Source of the DNA: an uncultured Zetaproteobacteria bacterium
Lineage (GTDB): Bacteria; Pseudomonadota; Zetaproteobacteria; Mariprofundales; Mariprofundaceae
Assembly (NCBI GenBank): GCA_964553725.1
Contig: CAZKME010000001.1
Span: 9,168-73,167, forward strand
DNA: 64,000 nucleotides
Direction of reading: 5' to 3'
This document shows, piece after piece, positions 39,634-50,467 of the stretch. The notes beneath the pieces were generated by a model. It saw nothing but the letters and a program-made list of their open reading frames with translations, did not search any database and was not told the DNA's origin. The translations under genes and the position numbers were made by a program. How positions within the stretch are numbered: position 1 is the stretch's first letter; each line of letters begins with the position of its first letter.

Positions 39634-41576
39634 CAGCTTACCTTGGCTTCGTCTCCAGATGGCTTGTCACCTTTGGCATCACTGCCGATATCCACGTTCT
39701 CGGAAGGTTCTTCCGGTGGTTTTTTGCTGGACTTGGGCGGTTCTTCGTATTCCTTGATTAATAAAGGTTCCTTGCCCTCCATAACACGATCAATATCGGT
39801 CGTATCCAGCGTTTCATATTTAATCAGCGCCTTGGCCAACAGATGCAACTGATCTATATGTTTTTCCAGAATCTTCTTGGCTCGCTCGTAATTATCTTCG
39901 ATAAGGTTACGTACGACCGAATCAATCTTGCGCGCTGTTTCTTCAGATATATTGGTTTGACGGGTGATTTCACGACCCAGGAATGGTTCATGTTCACGTT
40001 CGCCATACACCATCGGCCCCAATTCGGACATGCCCCACTGGGTGACCATATTGCGCGCCAGTTGAGTGGCCCGTTCAAAATCATTTGATGCGCCCGTGGT
40101 CATCTGACCCAGAACCAGTTCTTCGCCCAGCCTGCCGCCCATCATGATAGCAATCTGATCAAGCAGATATTCCTTATCGTGATTGAAGCGATCTTCTTCC
40201 GGCAGTTGCATGGTAATGCCCAGCGCCTGCCCGCGCGGAATAATACTCACCTTATGCACCGGATCGGCGGTTTTCAGATGTTTGGCGACCAGCGTATGGC
40301 CGGCTTCATGGTAGGCGGTGGTTTTCTTCTGATCATCCGAGATAATCATCGAACGCCGCTCGGTGCCCATCATGACCTTGTCTTTGGCAGTTTCAAAATC
40401 ATCGCGCGTGACTTTATCACGATCATAACGGGCTGCATTCAAGGCGGCCTCATTGACCAGATTGGCCAGATCAGCACCCGAAAATCCCGGCGTGCCGCGC
40501 GCCAGCTCTTTGCCATTCACATCGCTGGATAATGGCACTTTGCGCATATGCACTTTCAGAATCTGTTCGCGACCGAGCAGATCCGGGCGCGGCACCACCA
40601 CCTGCCGGTCAAAACGACCGGGGCGGAGCAGAGCAGGATCAAGTACATCAGGCCGGTTGGTGGCAGCCACCAGAATCACGCCTTCATTGGATTCAAAACC
40701 ATCCATCTCGACCAGCATCTGATTCAGCGTTTGTTCACGCTCATCATTACCGCCGCCGATACCGGCACCGCGATGACGCCCCATGGCATCAATTTCATCC
40801 ACGAAAATAATGCACGGCGCATGTTTTTTGGCCTGTTCAAACATATCACGCACGCGTGATGCGCCGACGCCGACAAACATTTCCACGAAATCAGAACCGG
40901 AAATAGAGAAAAACGGCACATCGGCTTCGCCTGCAATGGCACGCGCCAGCAACGTTTTACCTGTGCCAGGAGGGCCGACCAGCAGCACGCCCTTGGGGAT
41001 TTTACCGCCCAGCCGAGTGAACTTGGATGGTTCACGCAGAAATTCTATCACTTCCGTGACTTCCTGTTTGGCCTCATCACAACCGGCCACATCTTCAAAT
41101 GTCGCCCGTGCGCTATCCTGATTGAGCAGCTTGGCCTTGCTCTTGCCAAAGCCCATAGCGCCGCCCTTGCCGCCGCCCTGCATCTGGCGCATAAAAAATA
41201 CCCACACGCCGATCAGTAACAACATCGGGAACCATGAAATCAGCACCGACAGGAAAAACGGCACTTCGTCCTTTTCTTTGACATTGACGACCACATGCTG
41301 ATCCAGCAGGCGCTTGGTCAGCGTCGAATCATTGTTCGGCACGGTAACGTTAAAGTTTTTCAATTCGCCGGAGGTATCGCGGTATTGGCCAACCAGCAGA
41401 TTATCCTTAATGGTGGCCGTTTCCACCATGCCCTTATCGACTTTTTCAACAAAGGTGGAATAAGCCATTTTGTCCGTTTTCGGCATGGGAGCCGAAAACA
41501 TATTGAACAGACTCATCATTGTCAGTCCGATCACCACCCACAGCAGTACATTCTTACCCATAAAAGGAAACCTCAT
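39633..41576 (-). CDS. ftsH: ATP-dependent zinc metalloprotease FtsH
   Basis: Two TMs, [24 protein letters not shown]. Confidence 0.98.
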   Translation of the reverse strand: MRFPFMGKNVLLWVVIGLTMMSLFNMFSAPMPKTDKMAYSTFVEKVDKGMVETATIKDNLLVGQYRDTSGELKNFNVTVPNNDSTLTKRLLDQHVVVNVKEKDEVPFFLSVLISWFPMLLLIGVWVFFMRQMQGGGKGGAMGFGKSKAKLLNQDSARATFEDVAGCDEAKQEVTEVIEFLREPSKFTRLGGKIPKGVLLVGPPGTGKTLLARAIAGEADVPFFSISGSDFVEMFVGVGASRVRDMFEQAKKHAPCIIFVDEIDAMGRHRGAGIGGGNDEREQTLNQMLVEMDGFESNEGVILVAATNRPDVLDPALLRPGRFDRQVVVPRPDLLGREQILKVHMRKVPLSSDVNGKELARGTPGFSGADLANLVNEAALNAARYDRDKVTRDDFETAKDKVMMGTERRSMIISDDQKKTTAYHEAGHTLVAKHLKTADPVHKVSIIPRGQALGITMQLPEEDRFNHDKEYLLDQIAIMMGGRLGEELVLGQMTTGASNDFERATQLARNMVTQWGMSELGPMVYGEREHEPFLGREITRQTNISEETARKIDSVVRNLIEDNYERAKKILEKHIDQLHLLAKALIKYETLDTTDIDRVMEGKEPLLIKEYEEPPKSSKKPPEEPSENVDIGSDAKGDKPSGDEAKVS

Positions 41577-41684
41577 CTCATTTGACTCAAAAAAACATGC
41601 TAGCAGTCGCCAGAATATCGCACTGGCATGAACAGAGAATTAAATCATAACCCTGTTTTCGACCGCACAAACTGCCGTCGCCGC

Positions 41685-42644
41685 TTATAGATGCAAGCGT
41701 AAATACAAGCGATCCGATTCTCTGTAGAGGCGGCAGCGCGACAAATCAAGCCCCCCGCGACCACTTTTCTGCGTCCAGGATTCCACCAGTATGATATGTC
41801 TGCGTCCCGGAGTGACGCCGTCGCCCAGCAACAATGCCATGCATTTTTGCAATACGCGCGCCCGCACTGCCGACGTGCTGCCTTTCCATGTTTTCCACGG
41901 CAGGTACAACTCGTGCGTGGTGTTACGGCACAGCTCATATAATAAAACATCCGCCTCGGCATCCAGTTGCGCGGCCACGCGTTCGGCCTGTTCGCGCCAG
42001 CGCAAAAACAGGCTATCGGGAGCATAGCCAAGCTGGGCCATGGCGGGAAACAGTTGATGGCGGATGCGATTGCGCCAGATGCTTACATCGGCATTGCTCG
42101 GATCGTCTACCCATGCAATACCGGCTTGACGCAAGGCCCGGCGCAAATCATGGCCGCAGACATGCAACAGCGGGCGGACAATCCGCAGCCGCCCCATCTG
42201 TCGTTCCCGAAGCATGCCGCGACAACCGCCAGCGCCTGCGCCCTGCAACAAACGCATGCATACCGTTTCCGCCTGATCATCACGATGGTGGCCCAGACAC
42301 AGGGTATGGATATTCTGTTCCCTGCTCCAGTTCTGGAACAAGGCATAACGTCCGCGCCGCGCTTCAGCCTCGCGGTTGCGCTTCGATGCCGTTTCCAGCC
42401 GATCGCTGGTAAACGGGATGCCTTGTTGCGCCGCCTGTTCAGCCAGACTCTCGGCATCCTGTGCGGATGATTCACGCCAGCCATGATCGACATGCCATGC
42501 GTAAACATTGCGCCCGCTGCCATGCAGGGCCAGCAATAATGCTGTTGAATCAGCGCCGCCAGACCAGCCGACGGCAAGCGTTTCCGGTAAATGCGGCATA
42601 TCCGCCGCGTTCAACCATGTCTGGAACTGTTCGGGCTGGAGCAT
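41685..42644 (-). CDS. tilS: tRNA(Ile)-lysidine synthase
   Basis: SGGADS PP-loop, HVDHG, EARRGRY, GHHRDDQAET, RPLL, DPSN, RNRIRH. Confidence 0.95.
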   Translation of the reverse strand: MLQPEQFQTWLNAADMPHLPETLAVGWSGGADSTALLLALHGSGRNVYAWHVDHGWRESSAQDAESLAEQAAQQGIPFTSDRLETASKRNREAEARRGRYALFQNWSREQNIHTLCLGHHRDDQAETVCMRLLQGAGAGGCRGMLRERQMGRLRIVRPLLHVCGHDLRRALRQAGIAWVDDPSNADVSIWRNRIRHQLFPAMAQLGYAPDSLFLRWREQAERVAAQLDAEADVLLYELCRNTTHELYLPWKTWKGSTSAVRARVLQKCMALLLGDGVTPGRRHIILVESWTQKSGRGGLDLSRCRLYRESDRLYLRLHL

Positions 42645-44878
42645 CAGGCCCAGCGCATCAGGCCGCGCTCAACGATATTCTGTGTCGCCATGGCATCGGC
42701 ATCGAGCAATTCAAACATATCCGTATCCACGCCGGCCAGATTGGGTTTGCCCGCCTTGATGAGCAGCCATGGTTGTTCGCCTTCATGCCCAAAACGCCGG
42801 ATAACCAGCAAATCCAGACCACCGGGGGGCAACTGGTAGTTGTCCAGCACGCCGGCCAGTTCGGATTTTCGTGGTCGCAGGTTTTTGATTGTCGATTTAC
42901 TAGCCAGCACCGAAGTCAATTCGGTCATGGCTGATGCGGTCAGTGCAAATCCGCTGTTATGCAACATCTGCACGGTTCGGCCTGCCAGGGTTTTGACAGG
43001 CTCCACATTGACGCCGCCCAGCGGCTGGACATTGTTTTTGGCATAACGCGCCAGCATCAGGCGTTCAACATTGTGATCCCGGCACAGGCCTGCATCGACC
43101 TGAGGCACGGCATACGAAAAGGCAATGCGCTGCTGCCCCAGTTTCGGGTCATTCAATTCGGCAAATGTCCATTCACCGGTCATGTCCATACACATCGACA
43201 CAGCAGGCATGTTGACTTCATGCACTGTAGCGCCTTGTGGCTTGAGCGCATCCGTCAGCCATTGCCGCAGCTGATGGCGCAAAGCGATACCCGCCTCTGT
43301 CAGCGCCACCACCGAGCCGCGCAGCAGGCAGCCGGATGCAGAGCAGTTATCCAGAAACAGGTGTTCACGGCCGCCGAGCAATAACAGCACGCCGGGTAAA
43401 AAGGTTTTGCTCATAAAAGCGGCTGCATGTTCCCCGTGCAGGGTATGTAACCGGGCCAGATATTCCGACCACGCGATGTTCAGGCAGCCCTGCCGTTGCG
43501 ACAGCGCTCTGCCACTATGCAAGGCACGGGTGACATCCGGTTGAATAAGCACCAGTTCGCCGTCTTTCCATGCTTTTTCCAGCCCGGGATCGGATTCGCC
43601 GCTGGTTGATCCGCGCCCACCGGAGCGCAAGCTGCCTGCACTGCGTAAGCCGCTACTGCCGGACTGCCTGGCGGCAGCTTTTGTGGCTGTAGACTGAGCC
43701 TGTTTATCCAGCCATGATGTTTCCGAACGTCGTCGTGCTATCTCGACCTTGATGTCCTCATCAAATACTCTGAACGCCATCAGGGTGATATTATCCTGCA
43801 ACCACGGCTCTCCCACCGCCCTGAGCGCCCGCTCTCCCGAACGGCTGGCCAACAACCATTGGGCCACCGGCGTCTTACGATTGGTATGCAGATTCTCCAT
43901 CGCCGCCTCACCGGGTTGAATCTGACCGGCCAGCAGCTGATCGAGCCGTTTGGCATCCAGCACATAAGCCATCCAGCCGCCAAAATCGCTATCCATCGCC
44001 AGTTTCCACAACGATAAGCGCGCCCAGGTGCGTCGTTGCAAATGCGCGCCGAGTTTATCCTTGGCCAGCAGTTGCAACATACCACCTTCATTATGCATGC
44101 CTACTTTGGCGCGCAGATGGCGCATGCGCGGCACAATTTCCGGTTCCAGTCCGTAGGCGCGAATAATGTGGCTGTCGTCGGCCAGCAGGGTTGTATCGGG
44201 CTGATATTGCAGGAAGGCCATGGGCGTGGCCGGCAACATCATGGATTCGTAGGTGGCGATGCGCGTCACCTCAACGACGCCTTCCAGATAGCGTTTGAGA
44301 AAATGTTGCAACGCCCACACATATAGCCCGCCAATGACGCACAGCATCACATGGCTGGTTTTGTCGGCAAATTCATCGGAAAGACCGGCAATGGTCTGAC
44401 GAATCAGCTTCAGCAACAGCACATTCACAGCCGACACCCACGGCGCGGCATCAGCCTGATCCTGCTTCCACCCCTGCTCCCATAATACTTCGCATACATT
44501 CAATAACGCCTTCGCGCCCTTGGGATCGGCGCACCAGTGGTGTAACAAATCGCGCGACAGATGCGGGTTCTGTTGACGCAAATAAGCCACCATGCGGCGT
44601 ACCTTCTCGTCCATGTGCGGCAGTTTATGGGCTGAAACCTTTTCTCCGCGCACCACATAACGCACTGTATAATCCTGCAGTCGGCCCAGCGACGTAGCGA
44701 TGGCGCGCTTTACATCAGGATGCACGGCATAGGGAATATATTCATGCGCATCCTCGCCGGATACGCGAATCGGCAAACGGCGCACTTCCACGGCGCAACG
44801 ATCCGCAGGCTGTTCCTGGCGGTTCAGAATGGGCCGGTACCAGCTCCAGCGAAATGAAAAATAATCGGGAGAAATCAT
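42644..44878 (-). CDS. Hypothetical 744-aa protein with putative degenerate class III nucleotidyl-cyclase-like C-terminal domain
   Basis: Long ORF whose stop overlaps the tilS start; Ser/Gly linker then a segment with cyclase-like motif order but no catalytic Asp residues. Confidence 0.8.
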   Translation of the reverse strand: MISPDYFSFRWSWYRPILNRQEQPADRCAVEVRRLPIRVSGEDAHEYIPYAVHPDVKRAIATSLGRLQDYTVRYVVRGEKVSAHKLPHMDEKVRRMVAYLRQQNPHLSRDLLHHWCADPKGAKALLNVCEVLWEQGWKQDQADAAPWVSAVNVLLLKLIRQTIAGLSDEFADKTSHVMLCVIGGLYVWALQHFLKRYLEGVVEVTRIATYESMMLPATPMAFLQYQPDTTLLADDSHIIRAYGLEPEIVPRMRHLRAKVGMHNEGGMLQLLAKDKLGAHLQRRTWARLSLWKLAMDSDFGGWMAYVLDAKRLDQLLAGQIQPGEAAMENLHTNRKTPVAQWLLASRSGERALRAVGEPWLQDNITLMAFRVFDEDIKVEIARRRSETSWLDKQAQSTATKAAARQSGSSGLRSAGSLRSGGRGSTSGESDPGLEKAWKDGELVLIQPDVTRALHSGRALSQRQGCLNIAWSEYLARLHTLHGEHAAAFMSKTFLPGVLLLLGGREHLFLDNCSASGCLLRGSVVALTEAGIALRHQLRQWLTDALKPQGATVHEVNMPAVSMCMDMTGEWTFAELNDPKLGQQRIAFSYAVPQVDAGLCRDHNVERLMLARYAKNNVQPLGGVNVEPVKTLAGRTVQMLHNSGFALTASAMTELTSVLASKSTIKNLRPRKSELAGVLDNYQLPPGGLDLLVIRRFGHEGEQPWLLIKAGKPNLAGVDTDMFELLDADAMATQNIVERGLMRWA

Positions 44879-44932
44879 AAGTTTGGCAGTTTCCTCATAA
44901 CCGCCATGTTAATCAAGCCTCGTGCCGCTCAT

Positions 44933-45129
44933 CCGCAGGATTCATGCAGCGCCGTGATGATTGGTTTGAATTTTCGATGGAAACCGTAGCTATGCTTACA
45001 GACGCCTGACAAGGTGAATGCAGCTTGCGGCAGAGAGGGTACCTTGGGGCTTTGTTGCGGGCAAAGAGCCTGCCCCCGGCTTGAACGGGGGAACAAGCAA
45101 GGGCGCAGCTGCTTTTATGAATCATGCGG
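44933..45129. mobile_element. MITE-like palindromic element, family A copy 2, with nested REP-like hairpin
   Basis: TIRs CCGCAGGATTCATG / TATGAATCATGCGG; shares GTGATGAT, ACCGTAGC, CTGACAA, TTTGTTGCGGGCAAA, GAACAAGC, GGCGCAGC, TTTATGAAT with 3627-3789. Confidence 0.75.
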
Positions 45130-45143
45130 TCTAGGCTTGGGCC

Positions 45144-46082
45144 ATGCCCAATTCATTTGATCTCTCTACTTCGTTTGCCGGACTGACCTTACAAACCCCG
45201 CTCATTCTGCTTTCCGGTTGCGTCGGTTTTGGCGATGAATACACCCGCATCGAAGGCTGGGATAATGGCGATATCGGCGCGGTGATTCTCAAGGGCACCA
45301 CGCTGGAAGCGCGCATGGGCAATGCGCCGCACCGGGTGTATGAAACGCCGTCCGGCATGCTCAATGCCATCGGCTTGCAGAATCCCGGAGCGCGTTATGT
45401 GGTCGATCATATCCTGCCGACGTTGCCGCACGATGACACCCAGTTCTGGGCCAATGCCAACGGCACCAGTCCGGAAGAATATGCCGAAGTGGCGCGCATT
45501 TTTGACGACTCCCCGGTCACGGCGATTGAAATCAATATCTCCTGCCCCAATGTCAAGGAAGGCGGCGTGCATTTCGGCAATAATCCGGCCATGGCGGCGC
45601 GCGTGGTCGAAGCTATGCGGCCGATGACGAAAAAACCCCTGATCACCAAACTCTCACCCAACAGCGCCGATATTGCTGAAACCGCACGTTATGTCATTGA
45701 AGCGGGTACGGACGCTTTATCTGTGATTAATACGCTGGTCGGCATGGCGGTGGACATCGAAAACCGCAGGCCGGTGATCGATAATATCTCAGGCGGTTTG
45801 TCCGGCCCGGCTATCAAGCCGGTGGCGCTGTGGAAAATACATCAGACACGCGTGATTGCCGCCCGGCACGATATTCCGATTCTCGGCCAGGGCGGTATCA
45901 CGTGCTCCAATGACGCGATTGAATTCGCTATTGTCGGTTCGGATGCCATTGGACTTGGCACCGGCCTGTTTTATGAACCGCTGATGTGCAAAAAATTATT
46001 GGCCGAGCTGCGTGAATATCTTGTCAGCCATGCGATGAGCAGTTATTCCGAGCTTGTGGGGACACTTGTTACGTCGCGTTAA
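45144..46082 (+). CDS. pyrD: Dihydroorotate dehydrogenase, family 1B catalytic subunit
   Basis: GNAPHRVYETPSGMLNAIGLQNPG, EINISCPN, KLSPN, INTL, GGLSGPAIKP. Confidence 0.95.
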   Translation: MPNSFDLSTSFAGLTLQTPLILLSGCVGFGDEYTRIEGWDNGDIGAVILKGTTLEARMGNAPHRVYETPSGMLNAIGLQNPGARYVVDHILPTLPHDDTQFWANANGTSPEEYAEVARIFDDSPVTAIEINISCPNVKEGGVHFGNNPAMAARVVEAMRPMTKKPLITKLSPNSADIAETARYVIEAGTDALSVINTLVGMAVDIENRRPVIDNISGGLSGPAIKPVALWKIHQTRVIAARHDIPILGQGGITCSNDAIEFAIVGSDAIGLGTGLFYEPLMCKKLLAELREYLVSHAMSSYSELVGTLVTSR

Positions 46083-46809
46083 TTTCGCCCTGATCTGTCT
46101 GCTGCTGTTCGCCGCAGGCGCTTCGCAGGCAGGCACATTCTCAGTCATCGGGAAATCGCGCTGGGTGAATGCGGCCTATATCTTCGATGGCGACACCTTT
46201 CGCACCCGCAGCGGTGAGCGCATTCGCCTGTTGGGCATCAATACGCCCGAAGTCGCCCACAATGCCCAGCCTGAACAAGCTTATGCCAAACAAGCCAAAC
46301 GGCGTTTAACCCAACTGATTCTGGGAAAAACCGTGCAACTGCGTCTGGACAAGGAAAAGAAGGATAAATATGGCCGCACGCTGGCGCAGGTTTATTTGCG
46401 CGACGGGCGCTGGGTGAACAATATACTGGTGGATGAAGGATTGGCGCATGTTTATACATTCGCGCCGAATTTCTATTGGGCCGATGCGCTGCTGCGAACA
46501 GAAAAAATGGCCCGAATCGACATGCGCGGCTTATGGAAATCGTCGCGCTTTCGCGTACTCAATGCTTCCGAAGCCTCATCGGGTCATATCGGCCAATTCC
46601 GGCTGGTGCGGGGATATGCCGATGCGGTCACGCCGTGGCGATTCCGGCTGGGTTCGCTCAGCATCAGCGTACCGCGCAAATCACGCCGCTGGTTCACGCC
46701 TGCCGATCTGCCGCACAAGGGTCAAAAAGTGATCGTGCGCGGCATGATTCGCGCCTCCTCCACGGGCCATCGTTTTCTTGCCCTGCACTCACCCTTTGAT
46801 ATGAAATAG
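46054..46809 (+). CDS. Thermonuclease (SNase-like) family protein, secreted
   Basis: Signal peptide, DGDT, IRLLGINTPE, DKYGRTLA, GLA, RGLW. Confidence 0.9.
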   Translation: MWGHLLRRVNFALICLLLFAAGASQAGTFSVIGKSRWVNAAYIFDGDTFRTRSGERIRLLGINTPEVAHNAQPEQAYAKQAKRRLTQLILGKTVQLRLDKEKKDKYGRTLAQVYLRDGRWVNNILVDEGLAHVYTFAPNFYWADALLRTEKMARIDMRGLWKSSRFRVLNASEASSGHIGQFRLVRGYADAVTPWRFRLGSLSISVPRKSRRWFTPADLPHKGQKVIVRGMIRASSTGHRFLALHSPFDMK

Positions 46810-46814
46810 CTGGT

Positions 46815-47355
46815 ATGACATTAAAACAGTTTAGCCTGCTCATTCATATGAACAGCGATGCCGAATTGCAAGCGGATGAATTATCCATCCGTTATATCAC
46901 TCGCACCGGCTACGATCCCAATGCCACTATCGGCATCCTGAAAACATTAAAGCGTCTGGAAGATATTGACAGCCGCACAAAAAAAGATGCCGGCGACAAA
47001 GTGGAAAAATATCACGGCGCTTTTTCCACCCATCCTGAAACTGAGACGCGCATCAAACAGGCCGTTGCCGAAGCCTCTTTGTCACAACAAAGAACAGGGA
47101 TTACAAACCGGCAGGCCCTGCTGAGCGCAATTGACGGCTACCCCTATGGCGATAGCCCTGAACAGGGGGCGGTTGTGGGGCGGCATTCCCCGCATTGCAC
47201 TGCACAGATGGCAGGCGAATGATAGTTGGCAAAAGCTGGCGGCGCGCAGCCATCACATGCTTGGCCGCTTCACGGCAGATAAACTGGCGGCGCTCAATGG
47301 CATGGATTTGAGTGAACGGTCACGCACGGGACAACGCATCAAAACTGTCCGCTAA
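46815..47355 (+). pseudogene. M48-family metallopeptidase remnant with internal deletions and a frameshift
   Basis: Fragments LLIHMNSDAEL, ELQADEL...GYDP...FSTHP...RI, IDGYPYGDSPEQG, then out-of-frame C-terminus LAALNG...GQRIKTV; no HEXXH. Confidence 0.75.
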
Positions 47356-47465
47356 TCAACCTCAGGTCGGCGTGGCTGCCTGCCGACAGATATTGATCTT
47401 TGACGACTGGCCCCGCAACAGAGTAGAAATGCTGCTATAAGGACTGAGAAACAGGAGGCATACTG

Positions 47466-49412
47466 ATGATAATTTCCGAACAATTTCCGCTGCTCGATCA
47501 TATTTCCGGCGGCATTGTCGCTATTGACAGGCATGCCTCCATTGTCTTGTGGAATACCGTGATGGAACACTGGTGCGATCTGAGCAGAGAAGATGTGGTC
47601 GGAAAGAACCTGTTCCGTCTGTTCCCGGAAACCGATACACGAACGTTTCGCCCATCCATTGAACAGGTGTTGGGAGGTGACGCTCCGGTCAGTTTCTCAC
47701 CCGAAGTTCACCATCAGATGATCAAATGCGCCTTGCCCGATGGTGAATTCAGGACACAGAAGGTGACAGTCACCTGGCTGGAACAGTTTGAAGTAGCCCT
47801 GTTCAGCATCGAGGATCAAACCGAACAGAGAAAGCTGCTCAAACAATGCAAAGATTCTACCCGCGAGCTGCAGTTGCAACTGCAACAGAGAGAGACACTG
47901 GAAAGGGAAAAGCTGCAACTCTCGGCGGCCATTGATCAGGCTGGCGAAGCGGTCATTATCACCAATCATGACGGTCAAATTTCCTACGTGAACAAGGCAT
48001 TCATGGCGCAAACCGGCTGGAAAGCGGACGATATCAAATCCATTGTGATTTATGACACCCTGTTCGAGCATACTGAGACAAACTTTTCCGAGCGACTGCA
48101 CAGTCTGCTCGATGCAGGGCAGGTTTGGCAGGGCAGGCAAAATATCATCCGCAAAGACAGCAGTAGCTTTATCGCCTCAATCAGTATCGCACCGATTGCC
48201 AATGAATCCGGCCAGATCACCCATCATATTATTATTCAGGAAGACATCAGCAAACAGATGGCCATTGAGGAAAAGCTGCGCCACACCCAGAAACAGGAGG
48301 CGCTGATCACGTTGATCGGCGGCATTGCCCACGATTTCAATAATCTGCTGGCCGGCCTGATCGGACAGGCTTACATGGCCTCGCGCGAAGTGGCCGATCT
48401 GCCGAAAACCGCAGAACGCATGCACAAGATTCAGGCCATCGCCCAGGAAGCGTCGGAGATTGTCAAACAGTTACTGACTTTCGCACGTCAGGGCGAACAC
48501 CATAGCAAAGAATTCCCGCTCGGCTCATTTATCAAGGAGTTCATCAAACTGGCCCGGCACACAGTGCCGGAAAATATTGCACTGGGTCATGATTTTGATT
48601 CGAGTCCTTTCGCTTTTCGGGGCGATGCCAACCAGTTGCAACAGGCGATGCTGAATATTTTGCAAAATGCAGTGGAAAGCTGCCATGGCGTTGATGACGC
48701 CCGTATTGAAATCGGACTGTTTCCCTTCCACGCTGCCGAGCAACAGCATTTGCTACAAAAATATCCTGTGTTGCGGCATGGTAACTTTGCCCACATCAAA
48801 ATTCGCGATAACGGCAAAGGTATGCTGGCTGATATGCTGGATAAAATTTTTGACCCGTTTTTTTCCACCAAACAGCTGGGCAGCGGACTGGGGCTGGCCA
48901 TGTCGCTGGGTTGTATCCGGAATCATCACGGCATTATTGATGTCGAAAGCAGACCGGGTGTTGGCACCTGTTTTCATTTGTTCCTGCCTACGTTGACCAC
49001 AAAACCGGCCATAGAGGCCAGTCAACAGGCCCTGCACAATGGCTCTGCCCATATCCTGCTGGTGGATGATGATGAGCGGGTGCTGGAACCCACCAAAGAG
49101 TTGCTTGAATCCATGGGGCACCATGTCACGCTGGCCAAAGACGGCATAGAAGCCTGTAAGGCATTTGAACAGCAACCTGACGTATGGGATATCGTTATCA
49201 CGGACATGGTTATGCCGCGCATGAACGGCTTTGAAGCATCACAAAAAATGCGCGCGCTCAGACCTGACATACCGCTTATCTACGCCACAGGTTACGACCC
49301 GTCACTGGTCACCGATAACACCCGCAGCATGCCCAACAGCAAACTCATCAGTAAACCGTTCAATCCGGATGAACTCGACGGGTTAATTACGGAGATGGTG
49401 GGGAGGGAATGA
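47466..49412 (+). CDS. Cytoplasmic hybrid sensor kinase (PAS-PAS-HisKA-HATPase-REC)
   Basis: [47 protein letters not shown]. Confidence 0.93.
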   Translation: MIISEQFPLLDHISGGIVAIDRHASIVLWNTVMEHWCDLSREDVVGKNLFRLFPETDTRTFRPSIEQVLGGDAPVSFSPEVHHQMIKCALPDGEFRTQKVTVTWLEQFEVALFSIEDQTEQRKLLKQCKDSTRELQLQLQQRETLEREKLQLSAAIDQAGEAVIITNHDGQISYVNKAFMAQTGWKADDIKSIVIYDTLFEHTETNFSERLHSLLDAGQVWQGRQNIIRKDSSSFIASISIAPIANESGQITHHIIIQEDISKQMAIEEKLRHTQKQEALITLIGGIAHDFNNLLAGLIGQAYMASREVADLPKTAERMHKIQAIAQEASEIVKQLLTFARQGEHHSKEFPLGSFIKEFIKLARHTVPENIALGHDFDSSPFAFRGDANQLQQAMLNILQNAVESCHGVDDARIEIGLFPFHAAEQQHLLQKYPVLRHGNFAHIKIRDNGKGMLADMLDKIFDPFFSTKQLGSGLGLAMSLGCIRNHHGIIDVESRPGVGTCFHLFLPTLTTKPAIEASQQALHNGSAHILLVDDDERVLEPTKELLESMGHHVTLAKDGIEACKAFEQQPDVWDIVITDMVMPRMNGFEASQKMRALRPDIPLIYATGYDPSLVTDNTRSMPNSKLISKPFNPDELDGLITEMVGRE

Positions 49413-49441
49413 AGAATTTAGAATTGGGAATTTAGAAAATG
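49407..49441 (+). repeat. Heptamer tandem repeat (GAATNNN)x5
   Basis: GAATGAA GAATTTA GAATTGG GAATTTA GAAAATG. Confidence 0.6.
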
Positions 49442-49467
49442 CGCATGATAAATGCCTTGCATTACTC

Positions 49468-50091
49468 TCAATGCTTCAATTCACAAGTCAACGCGGCTGT
49501 CATCTGCGTCATATGATCCGGGAAAAAATGCCCCGCCCCTTCAATGGCATGAAAACTGATATTTGATTTGCCGCGCACGCTGGCGCGCACCTGTGCAAAC
49601 GGCACAATCTCGTCAGTCGTACCTGCAATGACTGTAACGGGCCGGGACTCTCCACGCATAAATGCAAACGACCACAGATTCACTGCCGGCGCTACGGCAA
49701 ACATGCGGGATACCCGCGCATCAGCTCTGGCCGCCTGTAAACCGGCATAACAACCGAATGAAAATCCTGCCAGCCACAACGGTGATTGCGGGTGCAGTCC
49801 ATGCAACCAGTCCAGCGCGGCGCGGGCATCATCCGCTTCACCGACACCTTCATCCCATTGCCCGTCCGAGCCTTCCACGCCGCGAAAATTAAAACGCAGC
49901 ACCGAACATCCGGCATCCTCAAAGGCGCGCCCCATCCAATAGACCACCTTGTTACGCATCGTGCCGCCATATTGCGGATGCGGATGGCATACAACGACCG
50001 CTGGCTTCGCCGCTTCGCCGGGCTGATAAAGCGCCTGCAAACGCCCCGCCGGCCCGTCTATAAACAGGCTTTTATGCTGATGCTGACTCAT
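49468..50091 (-). CDS. Alpha/beta hydrolase
   Basis: GPAGRL, CHPHPQYGGTM.NKVV, RFNFRG, GFSFG nucleophile elbow, GAGHFF. Confidence 0.92.
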   Translation of the reverse strand: MSQHQHKSLFIDGPAGRLQALYQPGEAAKPAVVVCHPHPQYGGTMRNKVVYWMGRAFEDAGCSVLRFNFRGVEGSDGQWDEGVGEADDARAALDWLHGLHPQSPLWLAGFSFGCYAGLQAARADARVSRMFAVAPAVNLWSFAFMRGESRPVTVIAGTTDEIVPFAQVRASVRGKSNISFHAIEGAGHFFPDHMTQMTAALTCELKH

Positions 50092-50275
50092 GCAAATAAT
50101 CCGCTATAACGCTGAGCGGAAAAACCGGCCTCAATGACTTTATCCACGATCAACACTGTCTCCACGCCTTTTTTTTATAGTTGTGAAATTCGAACGCAAT
50201 CGCCTGTTCATCCAGCCAGCCTCTGGCCTTCCTGATCGTATCGCCATTCGGAATCCCGTACATGTGTACTTTCAT
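50088..50275 (-). pseudogene. ArsC/Spx/YffB-family reductase remnant
   Basis: MKVHMYGIPNGDTIRKARGWLDEQAIAFEFHNYKK, frameshift in an A8 run, then GVETVLIVDKVIEAGFSAQRYSGLFA-stop overlapping the hydrolase ATG; middle of the domain missing. Confidence 0.75.
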
Positions 50276-50467
50276 GAAACTTCTCCATAACTTTAAAAGC
50301 CCGGAATCTATCACCATTAGAGGACACAGAGTAAAGTCAAAGGAATATAAGGAGACTTCAGAGCCACGTGTGGTGCGTGAGTTGAGAATGAAACAATCGG
50401 TGGGTTTCTTTTCGTTTTTTTCTATAGGACGCTGTGATGAAAGGCTCTTGGTTAGGGTTCCACCAAC

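Noticed and set aside
45144-46082. Family 1B pyrD without an adjacent pyrK
   Set aside because: pyrK is often encoded elsewhere; this cannot be judged from one window
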